A stretch of DNA of 64,000 nucleotides, from contig NC_092670.1 in assembly GCF_964355755.1 (NCBI RefSeq), forward strand, positions 26,274,795-26,338,794, in the 5' to 3' direction. The translations under genes and the position numbers were made by a program. The DNA comes from Antedon mediterranea (lineage: Eukaryota; Animalia; Echinodermata). Numbering within the stretch: position 1 is the first letter of the stretch; each line of letters opens with the position of its first letter. Shown here piece after piece: positions 63,260 to 64,000 of the stretch. Under the pieces are notes generated by a model, which did no database searches, was not told the DNA's origin, and saw nothing but the letters and a program-made list of their open reading frames with translations.

Positions 63260-64000
63260 CTGCAAAGAAAAATTAATTCTTTTTTTATGAACAAGCAATG
63301 CATTGATAATAAAGTTACAGTTTTTATTTATTTGTTCTTTATACTGGGTGACTATTTCAGTAAAAAAAAACTGTTCTCCCAAAGACAGAATGCAATGCGC
63401 TATTTGATTACCATGATTGGTCAGTTTAATACCAGGGCAATACACATGCACGTAGTAACAACTCAGGACATTTCTGAACAAATAAGAGATTTTACATGGA
63501 TCCCTTGTTAAATCTCAGCAGAATTTTTAGAAATTGTTTTCACACTATTTAACTTCTTACTTTTTGCAGGTGTGAAAATGGTATAAGTGGAGTCAACTCA
63601 AACAACATTGATTATTTTTATTCAATAATCAAACTTACTCAGAGCCTTCTGGAAATTTGAAGTTTCGTCCTATAACTGCCAGATGAATACTGTCACCTTT
63701 TATGTAGATGGGTTCAAATGGTGAATATAAATAAGCCATGTTGAATAGTGTACAGCCTAAAGACTAAAGATATAGAATCATATTGATTATTGTACCAAGA
63801 ATTGATGTATTTGTTAAATGGACACTGTTTGGCTAGGGTGGAAAAAAACAAACATAAAAGGCAGAATAGACCTGATGGCCTCACTGCATGATACTCAAGT
63901 GTTTGCATGTGAGTTGTTGTTTTTCCCCAAGTGTGAAAAAATGCAAGTTTCCCCAATCCGAAAGACAACCATTGCTTCAAAAATCAAGGTCAATGTTGTA

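Noticed and set aside
62014-63980. ORFs 62014-62469, 63116-63511 and 63714-63980
   Set aside because: Low-complexity AT-rich or antisense frames with no recognisable motifs.

Overview
AT-rich, intron-containing animal genomic DNA, probably a marine invertebrate; the taxon cannot be established from sequence alone. Five host-gene pieces can be reconstructed from splice sites and reading frame. (1) A BTB/BACK 'serine-enriched protein' (gprs-like) gene on + (3882-8318), 5' exon not found. (2) A ~1080-aa uncharacterised coiled-coil gene on - (29491-23099). (3) A tandem pair of spliced FLYWCH zinc-finger modules on + (47287-49398). (4) Immediately downstream and in compatible splice phase, a TPR 'assembly chaperone of RPL4' (ACL4-like) gene (50029-54456) that contains a U12-type AT-AC intron. 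(5) The last exon of an STK16-like kinase on - (63259-63133). The rest is a dense, nested transposon landscape: an intact two-ORF L2/Crack-type LINE inside a Sola3-like long-TIR element, RTE, CR1 and L2 relics, a tRNA-SINE, and hAT, MULE, pogo, Harbinger, Kolobok, Helitron and Helentron-type non-autonomous elements, many with readable target-site duplications. The most unusual signals are the FLYWCH/ACL4 splice architecture, a pervasive TA->TAGGCCTA micro-insertion with filled and empty sites inside the window, P-element-like micro-footprints, and a satellite built from MITE-like hairpin units. All coordinates were read by eye; family assignments rest on recalled motifs and need database confirmation.
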